The notes: generated by a model from the sequence alone, not told the origin. DNA of 64,000 bases from Collinsella sp. (GCA_019414345.1 DXMF01000022.1:80112-144111); one strand, 5' to 3'; shown: positions 50,855 to 61,877, counted from the stretch's first letter. Translations and numbers: made by a program.

Positions 50855-53497
50855 ATGTTAGATAGATTTACCGATCGAGCGCGCAAGGTCATGTCGATGG
50901 CCAAACAGGAGGCGCTCGATCTGCACTCAAATAAGGTGGGCACCGAGCACCTGCTGCTCGCACTCGCCAAGGAGGACGAGGGCATCGCTGCCGAGGCGCT
51001 GCGCTCGCTTGATATCTCCTACGACGACATCATGGACACCCTCAAGGAGGTCCAGACCACGGTTCCCGAGCCCAGTGAGGAGACCGAGGCGGCCAAGCTC
51101 GCCTTTACGCCGCTCGTCATTAGCGTGATGGAGCGTTCATTCCGCGTGGCGCGTGAGAACAACCAGACCTACGTGTCGACCGAGCACTTGCTGATCGGCA
51201 TCGTCGAAGAGGGCAACGGCATGGCCATGGACATCCTCATGCGCCTGGGTGTGTCGTCCGCCTCTATCAAAAAGGCTATCGAGAAACTCACCGCCAAGGA
51301 CCAGGACAAGAAGCGTCCGCTCGCCGGCGCCGGTGCTGGTCGTCCCGGTGCGGGCCTGCCGTTCTTTAGCGGCTCGGATGCCTCTCAGCAAAAGGGAAGT
51401 GGCACCGATACGCTTAAGCAGTTCGCGACCAACCTCACGCAGAAGGCGCGCGACGGCGAGCTCGACCCTGTAATCGGTCGCGATAAGGAAGTCCAGCGTA
51501 TGATGGAAATTCTTTCGCGCCGCACCAAGAACAACCCGCTCATTCTGGGCGACCCCGGCGTGGGCAAGACGGCCATCGTCGAGGGCCTGGCTCAGCAGAT
51601 TGCAGCCGGCAACGTGCCCGAGAACCTCATGAACCAGAATATCTGGACGCTCGACCTGCCGGGCCTCGTGGCGGGTGCCAAGTATCGCGGCGAGTTTGAG
51701 GAGCGCCTCAAGAACGTGATTCAGGAGGCCACCGAAGCCGACGACGTCATCCTGTTTATCGACGAGATGCACACCATCATCGGTGCCGGTTCTGCCGAGG
51801 GCTCCATCGACGCGAGCTCCATGCTCAAGCCCGTGCTTGCGCGCGGCGCCTTCCAGATTATCGGCGCCACCACGGCCGAGGAATTCCGCAAGTACCTCAC
51901 CAAGGACCCGGCCTTCGAGCGTCGCTTCCAGACCATCGATGTCGAGGAGCCGAGCGTCGAGGACACGGTCAAGATCCTGACCGCGCTCAAGCCGCGCTAC
52001 GAGGAGCACCACCATGTGCGCTATACGCAGGGTGCTATCGAGGCTGCCGCGAACCTTTCCAACCGCTACATCCAGGATCGCTTCCTGCCCGATAAGGCCA
52101 TCGACCTCATTGACGAGGCCGGCGCCCGCGCTCGCATCGCCGCGAATCGCGCGCCCGAGCCGGTGCGCGAGGCCGAGCATCGCGTGGAGGAGCTTAAGGC
52201 CGCCGCGCAGGAGGCCACCGAGAGCGACGACATGAACAAGGCCGCCGAGATCACCGAGCAGCAGAAGGCCGCCGAGATTGAGCTCGCCGAGGCCAAGGCC
52301 GCCTGGACCGCCGAGCTCGACGCCAGCCCGCTCACCATCGACGTGAGTCAGATTGCCGACATCGTGTCCGTGACTTCGGGCGTGCCGGTGTCCTCGCTTA
52401 CCGAGAGCGAGAGCCGTCGCCTGCTGCAAGCCGAAAGCGTGCTCAAGACGCGCATCATCGGCCAGGATGAGGCTGTCGAGGCAGTTGCCAAGGCCGTGCG
52501 CCGCAGCCGCTCGCCGCTCAAGGATCCGCGTCGCCCCGGCGGCAGCTTTATCTTCCTGGGTCCCACCGGCACGGGCAAGACCGAGCTCGCCAAGACGCTC
52601 GCCGAGTACCTCTTTGGCAGCAAGGACGCGCTCATCAGCTTCGATATGTCCGAGTTCGGTAGCGAGTTCGAGGTCTCCAAGCTCATCGGTAGCCCTCCGG
52701 GTTACGTCGGCCACGACGAGGGTGGCCAGCTCACTAAAGCCGTTCGTCGCCACCCGTATTCGGTCGTGCTGTTCGACGAGATTGAGAAGGCGCACCCCGA
52801 TATCTTCAACATCTTGCTGCAGGTGCTGGAGGAGGGCCGCCTGACCGATAGCCAGGGCAAGACGGTCGACTTCCGCAACACCGTGATCATCATGACGTCC
52901 AACGTGGGCGCCCGCGAGATTGCGCAGGATGCGAGCGTTGGCTTTGGCACCACCGGCGAACAGGGCCTCACCTCGAGTGAGATCCGCGGCCGCGCGATGG
53001 GCGAGCTCAAGCGCCTGTTCCGCCCCGAGCTGCTCAACCGTATCGACGACATCGTGGTGTTCCAGAAGCTCTCGGGCGAGAACCTGACCAAGATCGCGCA
53101 CCTGCTGGTGGACGACCTGCGTCAGCGCCTGATTGCCAACGGCATGAACATCAAGCTCACCGATGCGGCGTACGACAAGATCGTGGCCGAGGGTACCGAC
53201 CTCACCAACGGTGCGCGTCCACTGCGTCGTGCCATCCAAAAGCTCATCGAGGACCCGCTGTCCGAGGAGCTTCTGGCCGGCGAGTGGGGCGAGGGCGATA
53301 CCGTCCTGTGCGACGTGGCCGATGGCAAGTTTGTCTTTAGCCATGGCACGGGCGAGATTCCGGCACCGCGTCCTGCCGGCGCGCTCGGCGGCGATACCGC
53401 CCCGGCGGCACCGCACACCGGCAACGCCGCGCCCGTGAGCAGTGGCGTGACCTCGGGCCCCGGCGGCATGATGCAAGCCGGTTCCGGCGCGCTGTAG
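50855..53497 (+). CDS. clpC: ATP-dependent Clp protease ATP-binding subunit ClpC
   Basis: Clp-N repeats, GDPGVGKT and GPTGTGKT Walker A motifs, short middle domain, VGF loop. Confidence 0.93.
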   Translation: MLDRFTDRARKVMSMAKQEALDLHSNKVGTEHLLLALAKEDEGIAAEALRSLDISYDDIMDTLKEVQTTVPEPSEETEAAKLAFTPLVISVMERSFRVARENNQTYVSTEHLLIGIVEEGNGMAMDILMRLGVSSASIKKAIEKLTAKDQDKKRPLAGAGAGRPGAGLPFFSGSDASQQKGSGTDTLKQFATNLTQKARDGELDPVIGRDKEVQRMMEILSRRTKNNPLILGDPGVGKTAIVEGLAQQIAAGNVPENLMNQNIWTLDLPGLVAGAKYRGEFEERLKNVIQEATEADDVILFIDEMHTIIGAGSAEGSIDASSMLKPVLARGAFQIIGATTAEEFRKYLTKDPAFERRFQTIDVEEPSVEDTVKILTALKPRYEEHHHVRYTQGAIEAAANLSNRYIQDRFLPDKAIDLIDEAGARARIAANRAPEPVREAEHRVEELKAAAQEATESDDMNKAAEITEQQKAAEIELAEAKAAWTAELDASPLTIDVSQIADIVSVTSGVPVSSLTESESRRLLQAESVLKTRIIGQDEAVEAVAKAVRRSRSPLKDPRRPGGSFIFLGPTGTGKTELAKTLAEYLFGSKDALISFDMSEFGSEFEVSKLIGSPPGYVGHDEGGQLTKAVRRHPYSVVLFDEIEKAHPDIFNILLQVLEEGRLTDSQGKTVDFRNTVIIMTSNVGAREIAQDASVGFGTTGEQGLTSSEIRGRAMGELKRLFRPELLNRIDDIVVFQKLSGENLTKIAHLLVDDLRQRLIANGMNIKLTDAAYDKIVAEGTDLTNGARPLRRAIQKLIEDPLSEELLAGEWGEGDTVLCDVADGKFVFSHGTGEIPAPRPAGALGGDTAPAAPHTGNAAPVSSGVTSGPGGMMQAGSGAL

Positions 53498-53710
53498 GGC
53501 GTGGCGACAATTTGATACGCGCAATCGAGGCGCTCTGGCAAGGGCGCCTCGATTTGTAGAGCTGCGAAGTTGTGACCGTTACGCTATGCGGTCCACCGTT
53601 AGCCGATGATGCGAGAGCGCTCGGCGTTTTCGACTGGTTTATGCACGCAAAGTCTGGGAATATACAAGTCGTATGTCTTACTGTCTAACCAGTTGCGCCA
53701 AGGAGGCACC

Positions 53711-55168
53711 ATGGACTACAAGATTACCGGCTACGAGCCCGCCCAGCTGTTCCATTTCTTTGAGGAGATCAGCGCGATCCCCCGTGGGTCTGGCAACGAG
53801 AAGGGCATCAGCGATTTCCTGGTTGCGTTTGCCAAGGAGCGCGGCCTCGACGTGTATCAGGACGAGGTCTACAACGTCATCATTCGCAAGCCCGCATCTG
53901 CCGGCGCCGAGAATGCCCCGACCGTGATGCTGCAGGGCCACATCGATATGGTTTGCGACAAGCTGGGCTCCGTTGAGCACGACTTTGCGACCGACGGTAT
54001 CGACCTGGTCGTCAAGGACGGCGTCCTCACCGCTAACGGCACCACCTTGGGCGCCGACAACGGCATTGCTGTCGCTCTGATGCTTACCGTGCTCAACGAC
54101 GATTCGATTGCTCATCCGGCCCTCGAGTGCGTGTTCACCACCGACGAGGAGACCGGCCTGGTCGGCGCCGAGACGCTCGACAAGTCCCAGATCAGCGCCC
54201 GCACCATGATCAACCTCGATTCCGAGGAGGAGGGCGTGGCCACCGTCAGCTGCGCCGGCGGCGTCGTCGTTACCTACACCTGCCCGATCGTGCGCGAGCA
54301 CAAGACCGGCAGCACCCTTACGCTCGAGATCTCTGGCCTGCTGGGTGGTCACTCCGGCGCCGACATCAACCTGGAGCGCGGCAACGGCAACCTCATCATG
54401 GCCCGCATCATCGACCGCTTGATGGTAGCCGGCGAGCCCGCCGTCGTCAGCTTTAACGGCGGCACTAAGGACAACGCCATCAACCGTGAGTGCAAGGCTG
54501 TTCTGGTCTACGCCGACCACGCCGCCGCCGAGGCAGCGGCGCAGATCGCAAAGGGCATCATCGCCGACGTCACTGCCGAGCTCGAGGTCTTCGACCCCGG
54601 CTTTACCTGCACCGTCGAGATTGCCGACGACGCCGAGGTCGAGGCCATGGACCAGAAGTCCGCGCTTGCCCTCATCCGCGCCCTGCGTCTTGCCCCTAAC
54701 GGCGTGATTCGCCGCAACGTCGCCACCGACGGCTCCGTCGAGGTTTCCTCCAACATCGGTGTGGTTGCCACCTCTGACGACCAGGTCAAGATCATGCTGT
54801 CCCCGCGCTCCTCGATCACTTCGCTGCAGAACGAGTTCAAGGACCGCCTGCAGACGCTGGCCGATGTCTTGGGCTTCGACGCCAAGTTTGAGTTCGAGTA
54901 TCCCGGCTGGAGCTATGCCGAGCATTCGCCGGTCCGCGACATCTTTGTCGAGAGCTATCGCGAGCTCTTTGGCTCCGAGCTGCGCATCGAGTCCATTCAC
55001 GCCGGCCTTGAGTGCGGCCTGTTTGCCGAGGCCCTGCACGGCCTGGACGCCATCGCCGTGGGCCCGACGCTCTCCGATGTCCACACCCCGGACGAGAGCA
55101 TGGAGCTCGCTTCTGCCGAGCGCTTCTATGAGCTGCTCATCGACGTCCTCAAGCGCCTCGCTGCGTAA
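53711..55168 (+). CDS. pepD: Aminoacyl-histidine dipeptidase
   Basis: QGHIDMV, TTLGADNG, DEETG, GGHSG and HAGLECG motifs. Confidence 0.93.
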   Translation: MDYKITGYEPAQLFHFFEEISAIPRGSGNEKGISDFLVAFAKERGLDVYQDEVYNVIIRKPASAGAENAPTVMLQGHIDMVCDKLGSVEHDFATDGIDLVVKDGVLTANGTTLGADNGIAVALMLTVLNDDSIAHPALECVFTTDEETGLVGAETLDKSQISARTMINLDSEEEGVATVSCAGGVVVTYTCPIVREHKTGSTLTLEISGLLGGHSGADINLERGNGNLIMARIIDRLMVAGEPAVVSFNGGTKDNAINRECKAVLVYADHAAAEAAAQIAKGIIADVTAELEVFDPGFTCTVEIADDAEVEAMDQKSALALIRALRLAPNGVIRRNVATDGSVEVSSNIGVVATSDDQVKIMLSPRSSITSLQNEFKDRLQTLADVLGFDAKFEFEYPGWSYAEHSPVRDIFVESYRELFGSELRIESIHAGLECGLFAEALHGLDAIAVGPTLSDVHTPDESMELASAERFYELLIDVLKRLAA

Positions 55169-55223
55169 AGATTGCGCTAGCAGCAGCCCGAGCCACGTGC
55201 TAGCGGATTGCAAATGACATTAC

Positions 55224-55264
55224 GAGAGGGGACACCCGGTCTTTTGCGACAGGTGCCCCCTCTC
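55224..55264. terminator. Hairpin between convergent pepD and hipA
   Basis: GAGAGGGGACACC/GGTGCCCCCTCTC stem followed by a T-rich tract. Confidence 0.65.
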
Positions 55265-55294
55265 TTCTTTTGGGAAATGGCAAATTACGGACAC

Positions 55295-56599
55295 CTAGCC
55301 TATATCCGCCTTGATGAGGTCGAGGGTGCGCTGGCAGTTTTCGCGGACGGGGCCGAGCATATGCTCGCGCAGGTCCGCCATGCCGGGCAGGTCGGCGTAT
55401 TCGTCCATGACCTCTTCCATGCAAATGGGTACCTCGTAGGCGAGGTCCATCATGGTCGCAAAGCAAAACTTCTCAGATAGCCCGGCATCGGTGAGCGCCG
55501 CCTCCAGTGCGGGGTCGCCCATACCGTGGTATCGGCGGATGGCGCCTGGACCGATGCGCCCCACACGATTTTCGCCGCCAACGCTCATGGCGAGGCGCGC
55601 CCGGCGGCGCATGCGCTCATACGCCAAACCCGACGCGACATCGTACATACGAGCCATCATGGCTGTACTGTTGTTTCCGAGTAGCAGGGAATAGTTTTTC
55701 GCATGCGCATCAGGTGCACCGATAACGGCGTTGAAGAACAGTATCTGCGTAAACAGATACAGGTTAAGTTGATGGTGGCTCGTATTTACGAGGAGCTCTT
55801 GAATGTCGCGGGCGGTCGGGCCGCCGTCTGCCGTGTACTTTTGGGTGGGCATCACCCCAAGTGCCTGACAGAGGTCTTCTTGATGTAGGCGCCTGATCGT
55901 TCCGTCTTCGACTTTCACACGGTCATAGCGCTCAACAATGAGGGCAGGTTCGTCCTCAAACATACGATATTCGACGTTTGCCGTTGCGATGCCGGCGCGC
56001 TGGGCGCTTTTCATGCAGACAAACTCATTGAGAGCCTCGAGTTTAAATCCGATAACGCCATTTTTGAAAATATGCGTCGTGGGCGAGGAGCCCATGCATT
56101 CGCACCAGCGGCCGTTTATGAACGCGAGCGCGAACTTGCCCTGGTTGCCTCCGAGTGACCAACTTTCATCTAGACCCATCCACGATGCATCGCGGTCATC
56201 TCTGATCGACTTGAGACGGAGAGCAATTTCGTGGTCGTCTATAGGGCGGTATTCGCCAGCGCGATGCAGGACGGCATCGGCATCTTCTTCGGCACAAAAC
56301 TGCACTCCGCCCGGACAGTCGAGTCCGATATGGCTGAGCAACGCAACGGGATTGTTGGGCCTAACGTCGAATTCGGCGGCAATCGCTTTTCGCTGGTCCT
56401 CGCTGTCGGGTAGAAGGCCAAACAGGTACGGATTCATGACCTGTTGTCCGTATGTGCGATTCGATACGGGTATGTTGGTCGATAGGGCTGGCCCGTCATA
56501 GTCATGATCGTAGGTAAAGCTGATAAGACCGTTCTCATCTTGCGTGAGCGTTCCCGCAGGTACGCCGCAAATAATGGTCCGAAGTGATGTTCTGGCCAT
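55295..56599 (-). CDS. hipA: HipA family toxin kinase
   Basis: LLPDS, SLGGNQGK, THIFK, ERYDR, HQEDLCQALG, DAHAKNYS and YD motifs. Confidence 0.92.
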   Translation of the reverse strand: MARTSLRTIICGVPAGTLTQDENGLISFTYDHDYDGPALSTNIPVSNRTYGQQVMNPYLFGLLPDSEDQRKAIAAEFDVRPNNPVALLSHIGLDCPGGVQFCAEEDADAVLHRAGEYRPIDDHEIALRLKSIRDDRDASWMGLDESWSLGGNQGKFALAFINGRWCECMGSSPTTHIFKNGVIGFKLEALNEFVCMKSAQRAGIATANVEYRMFEDEPALIVERYDRVKVEDGTIRRLHQEDLCQALGVMPTQKYTADGGPTARDIQELLVNTSHHQLNLYLFTQILFFNAVIGAPDAHAKNYSLLLGNNSTAMMARMYDVASGLAYERMRRRARLAMSVGGENRVGRIGPGAIRRYHGMGDPALEAALTDAGLSEKFCFATMMDLAYEVPICMEEVMDEYADLPGMADLREHMLGPVRENCQRTLDLIKADIG

Positions 56600-56602
56600 T
56601 GG

Positions 56603-57073
56603 CTATTTCCCTTCGGGCTTGGTTTGGTTAGATGCGTTTGCGGCAATCGAGACTCCGAGATTGGACATGGCGAAATCGGCGAAGACCTCGTCGTAGAGTG
56701 CGGATGTAAAGGGGGCATCTGCAAGAGCCGGAATGGCGGTACTACGACGGTTGCGATGATGAGGACGTTGAGCGTGATGGCGCCTGGGGATGCTGCGAGG
56801 CAGCGGATTGGCATGCGGGGCGTCGACTGGTCGCTCGTTTTTCGCTTCGCCGATATCCCCTTGAGCGGCGAGTGCCAGTCCAAGAGCATTGAAAATCGTC
56901 AGCAACTTGTCGAGTCGAATGCCGGTGGCGTCTCCTAGCTCGAGCGATGCGAGCAAGCGCTCCGAAACACCGGCTTTTTTAGCGAGGGTTGCACGGGTGA
57001 GACCCTGAGCCTCGCGTGCCCGGCGCACGTAGATGCCAGCTTGGCGCGGTGTGGTGATGGGAAGGGTGCCCAC
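56603..57073 (-). CDS. HipB-like XRE antitoxin with long C-terminal extension
   Basis: HTH R...GLT...LA..AGVS.....LE.G; directly upstream of hipA; AGGAG RBS, GTG start. Confidence 0.85.
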   Translation of the reverse strand: MGTLPITTPRQAGIYVRRAREAQGLTRATLAKKAGVSERLLASLELGDATGIRLDKLLTIFNALGLALAAQGDIGEAKNERPVDAPHANPLPRSIPRRHHAQRPHHRNRRSTAIPALADAPFTSALYDEVFADFAMSNLGVSIAANASNQTKPEGK

Positions 57074-57086
57074 GGCGATCTCCTAA

Positions 57087-57164
57087 CGTGCAGACTTTTG
57101 CATATTAGTATGACATGCAAAAGTCTGCACGAAAAGGCCTCATGCAAAACTCTGCATGAGGCCT
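57087..57164. promoter_or_regulatory. Three TGCA-N6-TGCA operator boxes upstream of hipBA
   Basis: CGTGCAGACTTTTGCAT, ATGCAAAAGTCTGCACG and AGGCCTCATGCAAAACTCTGCATGAGGCCT. Confidence 0.75.
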
Positions 57165-57196
57165 CTACATTGACGTTGAGCTTATGAGAGGCGTTT

Positions 57197-57775
57197 TTAT
57201 ATCGTGAGAATCCCCAGATGCTCAAGCAGGATCTTAAGCCCGATGAGGATGAGTACGACGCCACCCACGATGGTGGCGGGTTTTTCGTAGCGCGCGCCAA
57301 AGGTGTGGCCGATCGCTACGCCGGCGACGGAGAAGATAAACGTTGTGATGCCGATAAGCGATACAGCGGGAACGATGTCAACCGAGAGCGCCGCAAACGA
57401 GATGCCCACGGCTAGGGCGTCGATTGAGGTGGCGATGGCGAGGATCAGGTACTCGCCCAGGTCGATTTTTTCGGCATCCTTGTCGTCGCCTTCATCCTCG
57501 TCCTCGGTAAAGGCTTCCCACAGCATTTTGCCGCCGATGAAGGCCAGAAGGATAAAGGCGATCCAATGGTCGATGGGTCCGATGATGCCCATGAATTGAC
57601 TGCCGAGCGCCCATCCGATTACGGGCATGCCGGCCTGAAAGCCGCCAAAGAACAGGCCGAGCACTACGGCGACTTTAAGGTTGATTTTCTTCATGCCAAG
57701 GCCCTTGCAGATGGAAACGGCAAAGGCGTCCATCGAAAGGCCAACGGCGAGCAACACGAGCTCTGCGAGTCCCAT
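57197..57775 (-). CDS. mntP: Manganese efflux pump MntP
   Basis: LSMDAFAVS, DHWIAF and ATSIDALAVG motifs; downstream of a yybP-ykoY riboswitch. Confidence 0.93.
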   Translation of the reverse strand: MGLAELVLLAVGLSMDAFAVSICKGLGMKKINLKVAVVLGLFFGGFQAGMPVIGWALGSQFMGIIGPIDHWIAFILLAFIGGKMLWEAFTEDEDEGDDKDAEKIDLGEYLILAIATSIDALAVGISFAALSVDIVPAVSLIGITTFIFSVAGVAIGHTFGARYEKPATIVGGVVLILIGLKILLEHLGILTI

Positions 57776-57828
57776 AGTCTGGCTCCCTCTCTGCGGGCGA
57801 GCCCGCGTGTACCTCTTGGGGGAATAAC

Positions 57829-57873
57829 AAAAAAGACCCGTGGCGTACGCGTTGCGCGCACAACCACGAGTCT
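57829..57873 (-). terminator. Riboswitch-coupled terminator
   Basis: AGACTCGTGG/CCACGGGTCT stem followed by a T-run on the minus strand; shares its 5' arm with the aptamer 3' strand. Confidence 0.75.
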
Positions 57874-57966
57874 CGTTCATTAAGGCAAGCCAGGCCGCAT
57901 CGGCCAGTGTGTTGACTTACCGCGCCACCGGAGGCGAATCCGGCCGCGCGACTACTCCCTCATTTA
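57864..57966 (-). promoter_or_regulatory. yybP-ykoY manganese riboswitch
   Basis: Minus strand reads GAGGGAGTAG...GTCAACACACTGGCC...TGGC...AACGAGACTC; upstream of mntP. Confidence 0.88.
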
Positions 57967-58121
57967 TGCGAATCCCGATGCTACCACATAAGCAGCCCAT
58001 TTGGGTTGGGCTCTCAGCTGTGTTCGCTCATTCTGTAAGCATCGGATTTCGCAAGCGCCGCGGGGACAAACCGTGAGAAACTAATTAGCGTTTATGGAGC
58101 GTATACGATGGGAGCGATGCC

Positions 58122-59189
58122 TTGGATAAGAACGAGCTGCAAAAGCGTATGGAACAGGCCATCCGCCTGACGGCACCTGGTCAGCCGATCCGCACCGCCC
58201 TCGACATGATCATCGCCGGTCACCTGGGCGCCCTTATCTGCGTCGGCGACACCGAAAACGTGCTCGCTGCCGGTAACGACGGCTTCCCGCTCAACATTTC
58301 GTTCACCTCGAACCGTCTGTTCGAGCTCTCCAAGATGGACGGTGCCATCGTCATCGACGGCGACCTCACCCAGATCCTGCGCGCCAACTTCCACCTCAAT
58401 CCCGATCCCTCGCTTGCCACGAGCGAGACGGGCATGCGTCACCGCACCGCCGCTCGCATGTCGGTGCTCACCGATGCCATCGTGATCTCGGTCTCGGCCC
58501 GTCGTGCCGTCGTTAACGTGTACGTTCACGGCAAGAGCTACGAGATCCAGCCCGTCACCACCATCATGAGCTCGGTCAACCAGCTCGTCGCCACGCTCCA
58601 GACTACCCGTCAGTCGCTCGATCGCTCCCTGCTGCGCCTGACGGCCCTTGAGCTGGACGACTACGTCACGCTCGCCGACATCACTGGCATCTTCTCGAGC
58701 TTCGAGATCATGCAGCAGGCAAAGACCGAGCTTAAGGATTGCATCGTCAAGCTGGGCAACCAGGGCAAGCTCGTGCAGATGCAGCTCGAGCAGCTCGCCG
58801 GTTCCAGCATGGATACCGAATACGACCTGATGATCCGCGACTACGCGAGCGATTCCTCCGAGGCAAACGCCGAGAAGATTCGTGCAGAGCTCGCTCGCAT
58901 GACGCCTAAGGACCTGTCCGACCCGCAGCACGTAGCGGCAGTTCTGGGTTACGACGACCTGGACGAGGACTCCGTCATGACGCCGCTGGGCCTGCGCACG
59001 CTTTCGCGCGTGTCCGTCGTGCGCGACGGCGTGGCCGAGAAGATCGTCGACGAGTATGGCTCGCTGCAGGAGCTCATGGACGACATTAGCGAGGATCCGG
59101 AGCGCCTGGGCGACTTTGGCGTCAACAACCCTGCCATTCTTGCGGACTCGCTGTATCGCATGAAGGGCACCAAACAGGGGAACGCATAA
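58122..59189 (+). CDS. disA: DNA integrity scanning diadenylate cyclase
   Basis: APG, LFELSKMDGA and ETGMRHRTA motifs; TTG start. Confidence 0.92.
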   Translation: MDKNELQKRMEQAIRLTAPGQPIRTALDMIIAGHLGALICVGDTENVLAAGNDGFPLNISFTSNRLFELSKMDGAIVIDGDLTQILRANFHLNPDPSLATSETGMRHRTAARMSVLTDAIVISVSARRAVVNVYVHGKSYEIQPVTTIMSSVNQLVATLQTTRQSLDRSLLRLTALELDDYVTLADITGIFSSFEIMQQAKTELKDCIVKLGNQGKLVQMQLEQLAGSSMDTEYDLMIRDYASDSSEANAEKIRAELARMTPKDLSDPQHVAAVLGYDDLDEDSVMTPLGLRTLSRVSVVRDGVAEKIVDEYGSLQELMDDISEDPERLGDFGVNNPAILADSLYRMKGTKQGNA

Positions 59190-59917
59190 TGGCGCCCGTA
59201 TGCGCCGTGGTCGTTGCCGGTGGCAGCGGCCAGCGCTTTGGAAATCCCGGCGGCAAACAGCTCGTTAACGTGGCGGGCCGTCCGCTCATGAGCTGGTCCA
59301 TCCGCGCGTTCGATCGGAGCGACAAGGTCGGCCACATCGTGGTGGTTTGTCCTGCCGAGCGCCGTGCCGAGATGCGCCGCCTGGCCATAGACCCGTTTGA
59401 CTATGACACGCCCATCAGCTTTGCCGATGCCGGCGATACCCGTCAGGATTCCACCCGTGCCGGCGTGCGTGCGGCTCCGGCGGGCTTTGAATACGTTGCC
59501 ATTCACGATGGCGCTCGTCCGCTCATTACGACCGAGGCCATCGATCATGCGATCGACGTGCTTGTGGGTGACCGCTCACTCGACGGTGTCGTGTGCGGTC
59601 AGCCCGCGATCGACACGCTCAAGATCGTCGACGGCGATAATATCGTCGAGACGCCGCCGCGCGAGCTCTATTGGGCCGCGCAGACGCCGCAGATCTTTAG
59701 CGTCGACGCCATGAAGCGAGCTCACGCCGCTGCTATCGCCGAGGGCTTTATCGGTACCGACGATTCATCGCTGATCGAGCGCATGGGCGGGCGCGTCCGC
59801 TGCGTTCAGAGCCCGCGCGACAACCTTAAGGTGACGGTGCCCGAGGACCTGCGTCCTGTAACCGCGATTCTGCTCGGTCGCATGGCCGAGGGAGAGGACC
59901 TTCCCCATGTTCAGTAA
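59189..59917 (+). CDS. ispD: 2-C-methyl-D-erythritol 4-phosphate cytidylyltransferase
   Basis: AGGSGQRF..KQ, HDGARP, QTPQ and TDD motifs. Confidence 0.95.
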   Translation: MAPVCAVVVAGGSGQRFGNPGGKQLVNVAGRPLMSWSIRAFDRSDKVGHIVVVCPAERRAEMRRLAIDPFDYDTPISFADAGDTRQDSTRAGVRAAPAGFEYVAIHDGARPLITTEAIDHAIDVLVGDRSLDGVVCGQPAIDTLKIVDGDNIVETPPRELYWAAQTPQIFSVDAMKRAHAAAIAEGFIGTDDSSLIERMGGRVRCVQSPRDNLKVTVPEDLRPVTAILLGRMAEGEDLPHVQ

Positions 59918-60401
59918 CCTGCGCATTGGCCACGGCTACGACGTCCACCGTTTGGTGGAGGGGCGTCGATGTATCATCGGCGGGGTCGACATTCCCTACG
60001 AGCGCGGCCTGCTGGGCCACTCGGATGCCGATGTGCTCGCGCACGCCTTAGCCGACGCCATTCTGGGCGCCTGCCGCGGGGGAGACATCGGCAAGCTATT
60101 TCCCGACACCGATCCCGCCTACGAGGGCGCCGATTCGATGGTGCTGCTCGCTCGCGTGATGGACTATGCGCGTGAGCTGGGCTTTGAGTTTGTCGATGCC
60201 GATTGCACCATTGCCTGCCAGCAACCCAAGATCACCCCGCACCGCGATGCCATGCGCGCCAACCTTGCCCATGCCCTGGGCGTTGACGTCGAAAACGTGG
60301 GCGTCGCCGCCACTACGACCGAAAAGCTCGGTTGGGAAGGCCAGGGCGAGGGGATCGGCGCCTGGGCCGTCTGCCTGCTACAGAAAACCGTTAAGGAGTA
60401 A
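59907..60401 (+). CDS. ispF: 2-C-methyl-D-erythritol 2,4-cyclodiphosphate synthase
   Basis: IGHGYDVH, HSDADV and GDIG motifs. Confidence 0.96.
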   Translation: MFSNLRIGHGYDVHRLVEGRRCIIGGVDIPYERGLLGHSDADVLAHALADAILGACRGGDIGKLFPDTDPAYEGADSMVLLARVMDYARELGFEFVDADCTIACQQPKITPHRDAMRANLAHALGVDVENVGVAATTTEKLGWEGQGEGIGAWAVCLLQKTVKE

Positions 60402-60404
60402 CGA

Positions 60405-61871
60405 ATGCGTATCTACAACAGCGCTACCCATAAAAAGGAAGAGTTCCAGCCCATCGAGTCCGGCAAGGTCCGCATGTACGTGTGCGGCCCCACGGTCTAC
60501 GACAACATCCACATCGGCAACGCCCGTACGTTCATCAGCTTTGACGTGATTCGCCGCTGGCTCATCGCGAGCGGTTACGAGGTCACGTTCGCCCAGAACC
60601 TCACCGATGTCGATGACAAGATCATCAAGCGTGCCAACGAGCAGGGCCGTACGGCTGCCGAGGTCGCGACGGAGTTCTCCGACAAGTTCATCGGCGTCAT
60701 GCGCGCCGCCAACGTGCTCGATCCCGATGTGCGCCCCCGCGCCACCAAGGAGATCGGCCCCATGATCGCCATGATCAAGACGCTTATCGAGCAGGGCCAC
60801 GCTTACGCAGCCGATAACGGCGATGTGTACTTTGCCGTGCGCAGCGATCCCAACTATGGCCAGGTCTCGGGCCGCAACATCGACGACCTTATGGTCGGCG
60901 CGCGCATCGAGGAGAACGAGGACAAGAACGACCCGCTCGACTTTGCCCTGTGGAAGGCCGCCAAGCCCGGCGAGCCCAGCTGGCCGAGCCCCTGGGGCGA
61001 GGGCCGTCCCGGTTGGCACACCGAGTGTGCCGCCATGGTGCATCGCTACCTGGGTACCCCGATCGACATCCACGGCGGCGGCTCCGACCTTTCCTTCCCG
61101 CATCACGAGAACGAGTGCGCCCAGGCCACCTGCGCCTGGCACCAGGGCTTCTCCAACACCTGGATGCACACGGGCATGCTGCTGGTAGACGGCGAGAAGA
61201 TGTCCAAGTCGCTCGGCAACTTCTTTACGCTGGCCGAGGTCCTGGAGCAGCACTCCGCTGCCGCCCTGCGCCTGCTGATGCTGCAGACGAGCTATCGCTC
61301 GCCGCTCGACTTTTCTTGGGAGCGCCTGGAGGGTGCCGAGAACTCGCTCACGCGTATCGCCGGTACGGTCGAGAACCTGCGCTGGGCCGCGAACCATGCG
61401 ACGGCCGACGCCGATGCGGCAGCATCCGAGGCGTTTGCCGCCAAGGCCGCCGAGACCCGTGCCACCTTTAAGGAGTGCATGGACGACGACTTTAACACCG
61501 CTGGTGCCATGGGCGCCGTCTTTGGCTTTGTAACCGAGTGCAACCAGTATCTGGAGCAGGCGGGCGACGCTGCCGACAAGGCCGCCGCGCTTGCCGCCGC
61601 CGACACGCTGGCCGAGCTGCTCGATACGCTTGGCGTCGAGCTTCCCGAGCCCAAGGTCGAGCTGCCGCTGGGCCTGCTGGGCGTTGCCGCCGGTTTGGTT
61701 GCCTATACGGGTGACGACGTGGACGAGGCAGCTGCCAAGATTCTCGAGGCCCGCGCCGAGGCCCGTGCCGCCAAGAACTGGGATCTGGCCGACGCCATCC
61801 GCGACCAGCTCAAGGACCTGGGCCTCACCATTGAGGATACCGCCGCCGGCACCCGTATCAAATCTCTCTAA
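60405..61871 (+). CDS. cysS: Cysteinyl-tRNA synthetase
   Basis: YVCGPTVY, HIGN, PGWHTEC and KMSKS motifs. Confidence 0.98.
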   Translation: MRIYNSATHKKEEFQPIESGKVRMYVCGPTVYDNIHIGNARTFISFDVIRRWLIASGYEVTFAQNLTDVDDKIIKRANEQGRTAAEVATEFSDKFIGVMRAANVLDPDVRPRATKEIGPMIAMIKTLIEQGHAYAADNGDVYFAVRSDPNYGQVSGRNIDDLMVGARIEENEDKNDPLDFALWKAAKPGEPSWPSPWGEGRPGWHTECAAMVHRYLGTPIDIHGGGSDLSFPHHENECAQATCAWHQGFSNTWMHTGMLLVDGEKMSKSLGNFFTLAEVLEQHSAAALRLLMLQTSYRSPLDFSWERLEGAENSLTRIAGTVENLRWAANHATADADAAASEAFAAKAAETRATFKECMDDDFNTAGAMGAVFGFVTECNQYLEQAGDAADKAAALAAADTLAELLDTLGVELPEPKVELPLGLLGVAAGLVAYTGDDVDEAAAKILEARAEARAAKNWDLADAIRDQLKDLGLTIEDTAAGTRIKSL

Positions 61872-61877
61872 TCCCCG

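Noticed and set aside
47527..55213. Long antisense ORFs (859, 795 and 511 aa), and similar ones opposite asnB, murE, lysS and cysS
   Set aside because: Shadow frames caused by high-GC codon bias; no recognisable motifs.
55168..57200. hipBA as part of an IS or prophage
   Set aside because: No transposase, integrase or flanking direct repeats found.
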